Program-made: the position numbers and the translations under genes
Shown: positions 49,486 through 60,246 of the stretch, piece by piece
Layout of the letters: each line of letters starts with the position of its first letter
Position numbering within the stretch: position 1 is the stretch's first letter
The notes under the pieces: model-generated
Databases searched by the model: none
Told to the model about the DNA's origin: nothing
The model's input: the letters and a program-made list of their open reading frames with translations, nothing else
Origin: Scenedesmus sp. PABB004
Lineage: Eukaryota
DNA length: 64,000 nt
Direction: 5' to 3'
NCBI GenBank assembly: GCA_014905635.1
Contig: JABVCE010000005.1
Location: 124,001-188,000 of the forward strand

Positions 49486-50133
49486 CTACCGGCGCCGGTG
49501 GTGCTGCTGGTGGTGCTGCTGCGGGCCGCCGACCTCGACCGCGTGGCGGTGAAAGCGGGGCGGCGGGTGCTGCTGCTGCTGCTGCTGCCCGAGCGCTGCG
49601 TAGCCCGGCGAGGCCGCGGCCGCGAAGCCCCGGAGCCCCGGGCTGTTCGGGCTCCCCGGCTCGCTCGAGCCCGTCGAGGGGCTGCTGTAGCCGCTGCTGC
49701 TGCTGCTCCTGCGGGCGAGGGGCGGGCGAAGATGCGCATCAGCGCCCGCCCAAGCGCAGGCCAGCCCCGCCGCGCCCCGGCAGCCGCGCGGGCTGCGAGC
49801 CGGGCGTGTGTTTTGTAATACGGCGGTGCCAGCCAGCCCCCGGGAGCGCGCGGCGCGCCGCGCGAGCGGCCTTCCGCCCCGCGGTGTTGAGCGCCGCTTG
49901 TTGAGGCCGCGCCCGCCGGGCCGCCCGCGCGCCGGCAGCGGCCCCGGGCGGCACGAGGCAGCCGCCGCGCACCGCTTGGCGGCGCCCGCGCGGTGGGCGT
50001 AGAAGTGTCTGCCAAAGCACGCTTGGGAGCAGAACGCGGGGGCCTCGCTGCACGCCGCGCCGTCCTTGAGGCACTCCACGCACTGCATGACCGCCGCGGA
50101 GCAGCACAGCGCGCACGTCGCGCTGGGCGGCAT
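49486..50133 (-). CDS. Putative small protein with zf-C6H2/MYND-like zinc finger; 3' end uncertain
   Basis: MPPSATCALCCSAAVMQCVECLKDG...PAFCSQACFGRHFYAHR resembles the methionine aminopeptidase 1 N-terminal finger. The downstream sequence is not protein-like. A minus-strand TGTAA lies at 48937-48941. Confidence 0.5.
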   Translation of the reverse strand: MPPSATCALCCSAAVMQCVECLKDGAACSEAPAFCSQACFGRHFYAHRAGAAKRCAAAASCRPGPLPARGRPGGRGLNKRRSTPRGGRPLARRAARSRGLAGTAVLQNTRPARSPRGCRGAAGLACAWAGADAHLRPPLARRSSSSSGYSSPSTGSSEPGSPNSPGLRGFAAAASPGYAALGQQQQQQHPPPRFHRHAVEVGGPQQHHQQHHRRR

Positions 50134-50987
50134 GCTGGAGAGCCTGGGAGAGCTCGCTAGGGATGCCTCGCGCTGGAGCGTGCTCGCGGGGGGACGGCCG
50201 GAAGCGAACGCGGGCGTGGAGTGGCAGCGCAGCGCAGGGCGGTGCCTGGAGGCGACGGGCGAGGCAACTCGCGGCCCGTGCGCGGTCCCGCGCCAGGGCG
50301 TGGGCGTGGGGGCCGTGCCGCGGCTGCCGGCACGCACGGGAGCCATCCAGCGTCACGGTCAGGCACGCCCGCGGACAGCCCGAAGGCGCCGTGCCGCGCG
50401 CGCGACCGTCCCGCGCGGCGTCGGCCCACCGCCTCGCCGCCGCACCGCCCGGCGCGCGGCGCGCCTGGGGACGCTGCTGCTAGAGGAGCTGCCCCGCACG
50501 GCCTGGATGTCACGGCGACGCCGGAGCGGGCTGCGCGCGCCCCGGTGGGCAGCTGGCCTGGGCTGACCAGCGGCCGCGCGCCCAAGGCCGTGCTCGCCGC
50601 CGGCAGCCGGCAGCCAGTCAGCCCACCCTCCTCGGTCAGGAGGGCAGCCGCACCACCCTGGAGCAGCGCACGCACGAGCTGCGCCGCGGCCCGGCCTGCG
50701 CCTGCGCTGGCGGCGACCAGCGCCCGAGACGTCGAGCTCGCCGCCGCTGCGCGGCGTTGCCGCGCGCCGGCTCAACGCGCGCGCCCGATCACGCGGCCTC
50801 GGCTCCGTCCACCGCGACCGCCCTTGGCGCCCATCGACCGGCCCCGGCGAACCACCAGCCGGCGCCAACTGACTCGCCCGCCCCCGCCCCCGCCCGCGCT
50901 CCGCGCTCCGCCCGACGCGCCGCGACGCACTCCGCGCGTGTCCCTCCCCCTACACGGCAGCTTGCCAGGCCGGCGCGAGGCCCCACC

Positions 50988-53169
50988 ATGCACGCCGCCC
51001 GGGCAAGCGCCTTGGTGCTCCTGGCGCTCTGTGAGTGCCGCGATCCGGCGGCGCCGCGGGTCGCGCAATCTGCAGCGGGTTGCCGCGACGCCAGCGGCGC
51101 CCGCGCGGGGCTGCGCGCACGCGGCAGCGCGGCGCGGTCACCCCGCATGCGCGCCAGCCGCGTTGCGCTCGCTCAGGGCCCCGCCAGGCGGCGGGCCGCC
51201 GGCTGCAGCTGGCTCATGGCCTGAAGACAGCGTGGCGCCTGCCTGCGGGCCCGCGCGAGGCCGCACGAGCCGGGTCACTAGTCGTTGGCGAGCAGCAGCA
51301 GCTCGCCAACCACCGCACCATGCACGCCAGCTCCCGCCCAGCTGCCCCCGCGCGCGGCGCGGCCCAGAGACCGCGCCGCCGCGCCGCCGCCGCTCACCGC
51401 CGCCGCTCACCACCGCGCCGCGCCGCGCGCCGCCCCGCCCGCCGCAGGCGCCGCCGCCACGGCGCAGGCGCAGCTGCCGGCGGGCATCATTCCCATCCCC
51501 GACCCGCCCGCCGCGCCGGTGCCGGCCGCACTGACCGCGGCCGCCCCGCCCGCCATCGCGGCCGGCTACCCGGCGGCCGGCGCCACGGCGGCCTACCCCG
51601 CCGCGGCCTACCCCGCTGCGGCCGCTGCGCCCGCCGCCTACCCGCCGCCGCCGCGGCGCCGGCGGCGGCCTACCCGGCCGTCCCCGCCGCCGCCGCGGCC
51701 GCGCCCGCGGCGGCTGCGGCCTACCCCGCCGCCGCGGCGCCGGCGGCGGCGGCGGCCTACCCCGCGGCCGCCTTCCCCGCCGCGCCCGCCGTCGCCGCGC
51801 CCGTGGGCACGCCCCTCGGCGCGTACGGCGACCCGCTCGCCGCCGCGGGCTACGCGGGCGCGGCGCTGCCCGTCGCGCCGCCGCCGCTCGCGGCGCCGGG
51901 CGGCTTTGCGGGCGCCTTCCCCGGCGCGCTCGCCGCGGCGCCGCTGCCACGGGCGAGAGTGTCGTCTCGGTGCCCCCCGTCGGCGCGCTGCCCGCGGCCA
52001 ACCCGCTCGCGGGCCTGGCGGGGCCGACGCTGCCCGCGGGGCTGCTGCCCGGCTTTGGCGGCCTGCCCGGCGCGGCGGCGGTGCCCGCGCCGCCGCCGCG
52101 CGCGCGCCCCCGCGCCGCCGGCGCCGCCCATCCCCACGGGCGCGAGCTTCAAGCCCCAGTGGGACGACCTCAAGGACTTCACCGAGAGCGACGTCATCGT
52201 GAGCCCAGGGGGCGCGGCGGGGCGGCGGGGCGGGGCGCAGGGCAGCGGCGCGACGCGGGGCGCGCCGCACACGGCGGCGCCGGCGCTGACGCTCACGCCC
52301 GCGCGCCGCCCGCGCGGCGTGCGTGCGCAGGTGTCGTTCAACGTCGCCAACACGCCGGAGCAGATCTTTTGGAACCAGAAGCGCGTGCGCGAGGGCATGG
52401 CCAAGGCGGGCGGCATCCTGCCCAACGCGCTCTCCTACTACCAGGCGAGCACACCACCACCACCACCACCACCACCCGCACCGCACGGGGGCGCCGCGCC
52501 GCCCTGCCTGCGCGCATTGTTTTTGGAGGGAGGGGGGGGGGCTTTTGTGCCTCGCGCGCCGCGCGCGCGCCGCCGCCCGGCGTCGCCGCCGCCTCACCCG
52601 CCGCGTCCGCGCCCGCCCGGCCGCGGGCGCAGGTGCTGCCGAGCACGGACGAGTTCGGCCGCCCCTTCACGACGGTGCGCTTTGTCGCGCAGAACCGCAA
52701 CGCCGAGCTCGCGTCCAACCTGCTCGCGAGCCTGAACGACGAGAAGACGCAGACCAACCTCAAGAACCGCATCGAGGAGCTCAACCTGGACATCATCGGC
52801 GACAGCATGAAGGCGCAGACGCCGACCGACTTCAAGGCCGCGCAGCGCGGCGGCACCGGCGCGCTGCCGAGCGCGGCGATGATGGACACGAGCGGCGGGC
52901 TCAACGGCGTCGCCGCCGCGGGCGCGGGCGCGGGCGCGGCGGGGCCGGGGCTCGGCGGGCCGGGGCTCGCCGGGCCGGGCGCGCCGCTGCTGCCCGGCAC
53001 CGCGGCGGCGGGCGGCGCAAACAGCACCGCCGGCCTGCCGGGCGCGGGGTCGGGCGGCATGGCGAGCACGCTCGCGGCGCGGCGCGCGGCCGCCAACGGC
53101 GCGGGCGCGGCGACCGCGGGCGCGGCGGCGCTGCCGCTGCTGCTCGCGGCGTGCGCGCTCCTGCTGTGA
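50988..53169 (+). CDS. Putative GPI-anchored Pro/Ala-rich surface protein with ~100-aa globular domain; exon 2 has apparent frameshifts
   Basis: Signal peptide MHAARASALVLLALCAAATAQAQ, AAYPAAA repeats, domain SDVIVSFNVANTPEQ...LDIIGDSMKA, and C-terminal ANGAGAATAGAAALPLLLAACALLL*. Exons 50988-51030, 51448-52198, 52331-52444, 52633-53169. Confidence 0.72.
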
Positions 53170-53671
53170 GGCGGCCGGGCGCGCGCTGGCGCGGCTGCAG
53201 CGATGCAGCCGCGGCGGCGCGGCGGCGGGGGCGCCGCGAACAGCGAACGAACCCTGGCGCGGCGCGGGAGCGCGCGCGCGGCGCCGCGCATAGCATGCGC
53301 GCGGCGCGCACGCGCGGCGACACACAGCAGCCGCGCACACAGTGTGCGCGCCGCGCTGCATCTCATGCTCTGGCGGCCGCGCGCGGGCCCCCCGCGGGCC
53401 AGCCCCAGGGTGCGCAACGGCACCCAGGCCAGGACGCAGCACTGCATGCGCACGCCGGGTGGGTGTGTATTTCGTAACGCGGCAGAGGGGGCGGCGTGCA
53501 AGCCGTCAATTGAGGCCGCGGGCGCGCGTCGCGCGCGCGTGTGCGTGTGCGTTGGGTGGCGGCGGCGGCCGTCGTGCCCCGCACATGACCTAGGTTAGGC
53601 AGGCGTTGGGAGCGCAAGGCATCATACTCACTGGTTGCAGCGGCGATCGCTGCCTTTGTGCGTGGCCGCGG

Positions 53672-53676
53672 TGTAA
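53672..53676 (+). promoter_or_regulatory. TGTAA chlorophyte polyadenylation signal
   Basis: TGTAA ~500 bp downstream of the 53169 stop. The motif is rare in this GC-rich window. Confidence 0.5.
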
Positions 53677-54226
53677 GCAACCGCGCCCGTCGAGACTGCG
53701 CGCGAGGGCTGGCAGTGCTGGCGCGCTGGCGCCGCCGCAGACACGAGCGCTGGCCGCGGCCAGCTGGTCAGAGGTCTGCCGATTGAGCCGCGAGCTTGCC
53801 CAGATCCAGAGCCGCCGCACGTTGCACACAGCGCACGCCCGCGGCCAGCCAGCCCCGCGTGCGCCGGCAGCAATCACCCCTCTCAACAGCACACGCCTCT
53901 GACGGCCGGGCGGCACCCCCGCCAGGCCGCTCAGCTGATGGAGGCAGAGTCCTGCACGGCTCGTCCCGCTTGAAAGTCGCCGCCCCCGCCCGCCCAGCGT
54001 CACGGCCCATCACGCCCCCAGCATCGTGCATTGAGTGTTGTGAGTGTTGTGCGTGTCGCACGCTGCAGCGGTGCCGCGGCCGTGCACCCGCAGCCTCGCG
54101 GCGGCGCGTGTGACGCGGCCGCGCGGCATCCGCCCAAACCCCCCTGCCTGGTGTCGGGGACGCGGCAACAGCTGGCATCATCTGAGATCAATCAAACAAT
54201 GCGCCCGCCCGCCCGCCCGCCCACAC

Positions 54227-56166
54227 TCACAGCAGCGCCAGCGCGGCGAGCAGCAGCGCGAGCGGCGCAGCGCCCGCCGCGCCGGCGGCGCGCGCGCCGT
54301 TGCCCGTGGGCGCCGCGGGCGCCGCCGCGCCTGCGACCGCGCCGGGCAGGAACGAGGCGTTGAAGCCGCCCGGCAGCGCGCCGGGCATCGCGCCGGGCAT
54401 CGCGGCAGCGGCGGCGCCGCCGTCGTTGACCGCGCTGCCGACGCGGATGGAGCCGGGCACGATGCTGAGCCCCGTGCGCGCGGCGGCGTTGGCGATGAAT
54501 CCGCGCATCACGTCGGCCTGCAGCAGCACGTTCTGCTGGCGCGTGCGGTCGGCGTCGACGTTGTTCTTGAACAGCAGCGCCAGCTGTGTGTGTGTGTGTG
54601 GGCGGGGGGGGGGGGTGCGGCGGGGCGGGGCGGGGCGGGGCGGGGCGGGCGGGGCGGCGGGGCGGGGCGGGGCGGGGCGGGCGGGGCGGGGCGGGGCGGG
54701 GCGGGGCGGGGCGGGGCGGGGGGGGGGGGGGCGGGGCGGGGCGGGGCGGGCGGGGCGGGCGGGGCGGGGGGGCGGGGCGGGGCGGGGCAGGACGGGGAGG
54801 GCGGAGGTCGGAGGCGCGGAGGGCAGGAGCAGTGGGGCGAGGCAGAGGGAGAGAGAGAAAGAGAGAGCGTCGAGGGCGGGCGGCGGCGCGCGCGCGCGGG
54901 AGCGGCGCACGTCGAGCGAGGGCTGGCCGTTGGGGTTGTTGATCGTGCGGGTCTGGTAGACGAAGATACGGTCCGGCGGCGTCTGCGTCGCGTTGGCAAA
55001 GAGCGCGCGCAGCGCGTCGCCGCGTGCTGCGACCGCCTGCTCCGGCGCGGCGATGATCATGTGGGCCAGCAGGTCGCTGCAGGGGGCAGGGGGTGGAGGG
55101 GGCGTGGGAGGGGGGCAGGCGTGGGAGGGCGGCACGGCGCGCCGCGCGGGCGGGCGGGCGGGCCCGGCCGCGGCGAGCGCGCGCGGCCGCGGCGCGCGCC
55201 TGCTGCCGATGGCGTTGCCGACCGAAGGCGTGTAGCGGTTCCCCCACGCGCCGCCGCCCGCGCCCGCAAACACGCTGTCGCTCGGCGCCGGCGCGGCGCC
55301 ACCGAGCGCGCCGCCGAGCGCGCCCGCGCCGGGGCCCACGGGCGCGGGCGCCATCACGGGCGCGGGCGCGGGCGCGAGGCTGCTCAGGTCGCTCTCGGGC
55401 GTGGGGTTCTGGGCCTCGATCGCGGCGCGCACCGCCGCGGGCGCGTACCTGTGGCGCGCGGCGGGCGCGCGGCGGGCGCGTCGGCGGGCGCGACACGGAG
55501 CGCGGCGCGCGGGGCGCGAGCGCGGCCCTCCGCCTCCCCCGCGCGGGATCTCTCACTTGGCGTCGCTGAAGACGTTGGTGCCGGTCGGGTCGGGCGGCGG
55601 CGCGTCGGCGGTGAACGCGCCAAAGTTGTTTGCCGGCGGCAGCGCGGGCGGCGCGGGCGCGGCGGCCACGACGGGCTCCTCCTCGATGGTCGGCAGCGGC
55701 ACGTAGCCGTCCTTCTGCCACGCGGTGTTGACCGCCGGCGCCGGCGCGGGCGCCGCCGCGAGCGGCGCGGCCGCGACGCCCGCGAGCGGCCGCGTGCCCA
55801 GCGGCGGCGCCGCGGCGGCGGGCAACGCGGGCGCTGCGGCGGGGTCGGCGGCCGCCGCCGGCGCGGCCGGCTCGGCGGCGGCAGCGACGGCGGCCGGCAG
55901 GGCGGCGCGGCCGGCCGGCACGGCGGGCTCCGCGGGGGCGGTTGCCGCCGCCGCGGCCGGGCCCGCCGGCAGCGCTCCCAGCTGCGCCGTGCCGGGGACG
56001 GCGCCTGCGCGCGGTGCGGCGGCGCGTGAGCCCGGTCGCTGGCGAGCGCGGCTGGCAGCAGGTCGGCCAGCGTTCTGCGCCGGCCGAAGCAACACGCGGG
56101 GCCTCCATTGCGAGGCGCACCTGCGGCCAGGCAGACCAGCACCAGCAGCGCGCCCAGGGCCCTCAT
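54227..56166 (-). CDS. Putative GPI-anchored Pro/Ala-rich surface protein, paralogue of 50988-53169
   Basis: Signal peptide MRALGALLVLVCLAAGAVPGTAQ, AP-rich (AGP-like) stalk, domain SDLLAHMIIAAPEQ...LSIVPGSIRV, and C-terminal GNGARAAGAAGAAPLALLLAALALL*. Five exons; the junctions checked are phase-compatible. Confidence 0.8.
54601..54790 (+). repeat. (GGGGC)n microsatellite within an intron
   Basis: ~190 bp of GGGGC/GGGC units, preceded by (TG)n. Confidence 0.95.
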
Positions 56167-56607
56167 GCTGCTGATTTCGTGGCGAGAGCGCGTGATTGGC
56201 TACTGGGAGTGCTTCGGCGCAGCGGCGTGAGCTGCGGACGCCCAACGACCGTGCGGTTGGAGCGCGCGGGCGCGCACGTCGGTTGGAGGGCTTGCTGGCG
56301 CGCGCTGACCGTGCACGGCTCTCGCGATTGAAACCGCGGAGGCGAGATTGGGCTCTGAGCGCGGGGGTGACAACGGCGGCGCGGCGGCACCCGGGCGCGC
56401 GCCGGGGTGACGCCTGGAGTCGGAGGGACAGATCAAAGTCCTGTTGCTTCTTCGTTTCCGCGGGGGAAACACGCAAGAGAGATGGCACCAGCTGGTGTGG
56501 CTGCAGCCACAAATGCGCCGCCGGCAGCATCGCTGGGGGTGCCGCCGCATCGCAATGCGGCCGGCACACGATGCTCGGTCGTGCTCTTGTTTGATGAGCC
56601 GTCTGCA

Positions 56608-56661
56608 CACACAGCCTGCACACAGCCTGCACACAGCCTGCACACAGCCTGCACACAGCCT
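56608..56661 (+). repeat. 11-bp tandem repeat CACACAGCCTG, 5 copies
   Basis: Directly visible, intergenic. Confidence 0.95.
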
Positions 56662-57079
56662 ACGCCGTTCGTTGAGGCCGCCCGCCGCCTGCGCGCGCGC
56701 GCGGCCCCACCGGCTGCACTCTCCGCCGCCAGCCCTGACCGCGGTGCGCGCGGCCCCGCCCCGCTCACCCACCTGCCTCACCCCGCCACTGCCGCCGCCC
56801 CCTCTGCCCCCTAGCAGAGGTAAAACATGCATTGCTGCAGGATCTAGCGACACCCTACAAAGTTTGTTCGCTGCGCGCGGGCCTTTGCGCAGTTGCGCCA
56901 CAACGCTGGGGTGGTTGCGGCTGACACGGCCCGCTCACGCGGGCCGATGGCAAGCCGGCAAGGCTGCTCCGCTGCGCACACCGCTCCCCCGCTGCCGCCG
57001 CGCTGCCACGGCGCCGGTGGCGCGCACGGGGCGCGCCGCCGGGCATGGGCGCCACGCGCGAGCACCTGGAGCCCCCCGC

Positions 57080-58993
57080 TCACAGCAGCAGCGCGGCGCC
57101 CAGCAGCAGGGGCATCACCACCGCGCCGGCGCCTGCGATGGCGCTGCCGGCCGCCGACGCGGCCGCCTGGCGCCTGGCCAGCAGGCCGCCGCTGCCGCCG
57201 CTGCCGCCCATGCCGCCGCCCATGGCGCCTCCGGGGGCGCCGAGCGTGCCAGAGCCGCCGAGCGTGCCGGAGCCGCCGAGCGTGCCGGCGCCGCCGAGGC
57301 CGCCGCCGAGCGCGCCGCCGCCGCCGAGCGTGCCGGCGCCGCCGAGGCCGCCGCCCATCGCGCCGCCGCCGCCCATGGGGTCCGCCGGGCCCGCCGCGAG
57401 GCTGCCGAGGCCGGAGCCGGCGCCGCCGGTGGTGTCGGCGCTCGCGGCGTTGGGGTCGGAGCTCATGCCGGGCGCCTCAAAGCCGGGGGGCGTGGGGTTG
57501 GGCGTCTGAGCGCCCGAGATGGAGCCGTCGTAGGGCAGCGGGCCGCCGGGCACGGCGGGCATGCCAGGCATGCCGGGCACGGCCGCGGGCAGCGCGCCGG
57601 GCGCGGCGGGGAAGCCGGGCAGGGCGCCGGGCAGGCCCGCGGGCGCGGCGCCGGGCAGGCCCGCGGGCGCGGCGCCGGGGAGGCCGGCGGGGGCGGCGCC
57701 GGGGAGGCCCGCGGGCGCGGTGGGGGCGGCGCCCAGGGTCGGGCCGCCCATGGGCAGCGTGGTCAGCGCCATGGGGTCGGCGCTCGCAGGGATGAGGGCG
57801 CCTGCGCGGCGGCGGGGCGCAGCGAGCGCTGGGTGAGCCGGCGGTGGTGCGAGCTCCGGCGGCGGTGACCGTGGAGCCCGGCCCGCGCGGCGCCCGGCCG
57901 GCCGCGCGACTCACCAGACGCGCCCAGGGGGCCGGGGGCGGCCGCGGCCGGGCCGGGGCCCAGCGGTGCGGCGGCGGCCGGGCCGGCGCCCAGCGGTGCG
58001 GCGGCGGCCGGGCCGGCGCCCAGGGGAGCGACGCCGGCAGTCGGGGGGCCGAGGGGAGCGGCGCCCGCGGCCGGGCCGGGGCCCAGCGGCGCGGCGGCGG
58101 CCGGGCCAGGGCCCAGCGGTGCGGCCGCGGCCGGGGCGGGGTCGGCCGGGAGGGGGTGATGCCGGCAGGGCCGGCGGGGCCTGCGGGGCGCGCGGGGCGG
58201 GGGCGCGCGTCAGGGCCGTGCAGGCCGTGCGGCTGGTGCCGCCCCTGCTGCCCGTGCTGCGCCGCCCCCAGGCAGCGCGAGCGCGGGCCAGCTCAGGCCG
58301 CGACGCCAGCACTCACCGGCAGCGGGGCCGGCAGCGGCGGGGCCGGCCGCAGCGGGGCCGGCCGCGGCGGGGCCGGCCGCGGCGGGGCCCGCGCCCACGC
58401 CGCCCGTGGGCAGCAGGCTGGCCTCGCCCGCGGCGGGCTTGGCCGGGGGCGCGGTGGCCGCCGGGCCAGCGGCGGGGGCGGGCTTGGCGGCGGCCGCGTC
58501 CGGCACCGCCGCGGCGGCGCCCGCGGTCGGCAGCAGCGGCGCGCCGACCGGCGCCGAGGGGATGGGAATCTGCGCCGTCACGCACGCGCCTGCGGGCGGC
58601 AACGCAACGGTCGGGTCAGGCTGCTGCGGCGGGGGGGGGCCGGGGTCAGGCTGCTGCGGCGGGGGGCCGGGGCACTCGCTGCGCCAGGCGTCACCGGCCG
58701 CCGCTGTCGCCGGTGCTGGCCGGCCGGGCGCAGGTGCCGGCGCGCTCGCCCGGCTCGACGGGAGTGGCGAGCCGGCTGCGAGCTGGCTCGCCACGCGCGT
58801 GGGGAGGCTGCCGTGCTCCGGTGCCGGCGTCGCGCTGCTCGGGCGCAATGCCACGCGCCAGGCTGCGCGCTGCGCGGCCCTGGCGCCCCGGCGCACGGCG
58901 CTGCGCCGAGCGGCGGGCGCCTTGGGCCTCCCCGCGGCGCGACTCACTCAGCAGGCACAGCGCCAGCGCGCTGCTCATGAAGGCCGCCCGCAT
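57080..58993 (-). CDS. Putative GPI-anchored Gly/Pro/Ala-repeat surface protein; one apparent 1-nt frameshift
   Basis: Signal peptide MRAAFMSSALALCLLSACVTAQ, repeats GPAAA, APLGPGPAAA, PAGLPGAA and GGSGTL, and C-terminal VVMPLLLGAALLL*. Exon 58180-57915 is 266 nt, one base short of frame. Confidence 0.72.
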
Positions 58994-59618
58994 GGTGGCG
59001 TGCAGGGCCGTCAGCTGGCCAGTGCCTGCGGCGAGAGCGCGCACAATTAAGGCGGCGCTCGGTCTATGGCAGCGCCGCGGCGCGCGCGGCGTCGGCACGA
59101 GCAACAGTTGGCCCGGTCGTTGGGGCCTGCTGCCCACACCCTGGCCGCTGCGCGTGCGGCTGTGGGCAATACGGAGGCACCGGAACGCAACGCGACCTCT
59201 CGCGCCGCGGCCCGCCGCACACCTGAGTTGGGAGCCCGCGGCGCGCAGCTGCTCGCGCTGCCGGTGTGCTTGTCAGTGGCAGCGTTCCGAGGGATCACCA
59301 ATGGCAAGGGGGATCACAAACCGCGGCCGGGCCGCGGCGGGGGCACCGCTCGTGCGACGGCAGGCGGGAACCCGGCGGGCGCTGGCGGGCGCTGGTGCCA
59401 CTCGCTCGCGCCACCGGCGTGCTGCCACAGCCTGTGTCGCGCCTCACCACAGCGCGAGCGGCCCGCGCTGGCGCCCCGCTGCCTGCACAGCAGCAGCAGT
59501 TGACCCGCTGACGCCGCCTGGCGGCGGGCCGGCCGCTCTTGCGCGGCAGCGGTGGCGGCCCAGCGGAGAGTCGCTGCAGGCTACGGAGGAGCGGGTGCGC
59601 GCACGGGCCGCCAGCGCC

Positions 59619-59866
59619 GCGCCGCCAGCTCTCGCGCCGATCGCACACGCACGCGCGCCGCTGGCCTGGCCCGCCGGTTGGTGGGCCTCCCTGGCGCGGC
59701 CAGCAACTCCCCGGCAGCTGCCCGGGAGCTTGCATGGCGCCTGGCGAGCGTGCCGGCGCCACCCAGCCGGCCGCCCGGGACCAGGCGCGCGCTGCGCCGG
59801 GCGCGGCCGCTGCTGGTCCGCCGCGCTGGTCGCGAAGGCTCGGGCGCCCGCCTGGCAGCTGCTGAG
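59619..59866 (+). repeat. ~250-bp repeat, copy A (inverted relative to 61976-62223)
   Basis: For example GGCCTCCCTGGCGCGGCCAGCAACTCCCCGGCAGCTGCCCGGGAGCTTGCATGGCGCCTGGCGAGCGTGCCGGCGCC matches the reverse complement of copy B exactly. Scattered substitutions elsewhere. Confidence 0.93.
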
Positions 59867-59918
59867 CTCAGGCGCGCGCACACGCACTCCACGTGGACGC
59901 CAGCGCACTGACGTGGAT

Positions 59919-59923
59919 TTACA
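59919..59923 (-). promoter_or_regulatory. TGTAA polyadenylation signal for the 60247-61497 gene
   Basis: TTACA on the + strand, ~325 bp past the stop codon. Confidence 0.5.
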
Positions 59924-60246
59924 GTGCCACACACGCTCGCGGTGTGCTGGAGTGCAGTGGCGGCGTCCCGCGCATCCCGGCCGTCAGAGTGGGCGGACAG
60001 TCATGCAGCCCAGGTTTTGTTGTGTGCACGTCTGCACTCGCACGCGGTGCGGCGCGCGCGGCCCCGCCACCGTGCCTGGCTGTTTGCAGCCTGCTCGCCT
60101 GCCGGCGGCGGCGCGCACGCGCGCGCGCCTCCCGGGACGGCCGCCCCACGTCGCCGCACACCTGCTGCCTACAGCCTACCTAAACGCCTTGCCCCACAGC
60201 CGCCTGTCTACGCGCGCGTGGGCCGCGGGCCGCGCGGGCCTGGGCC

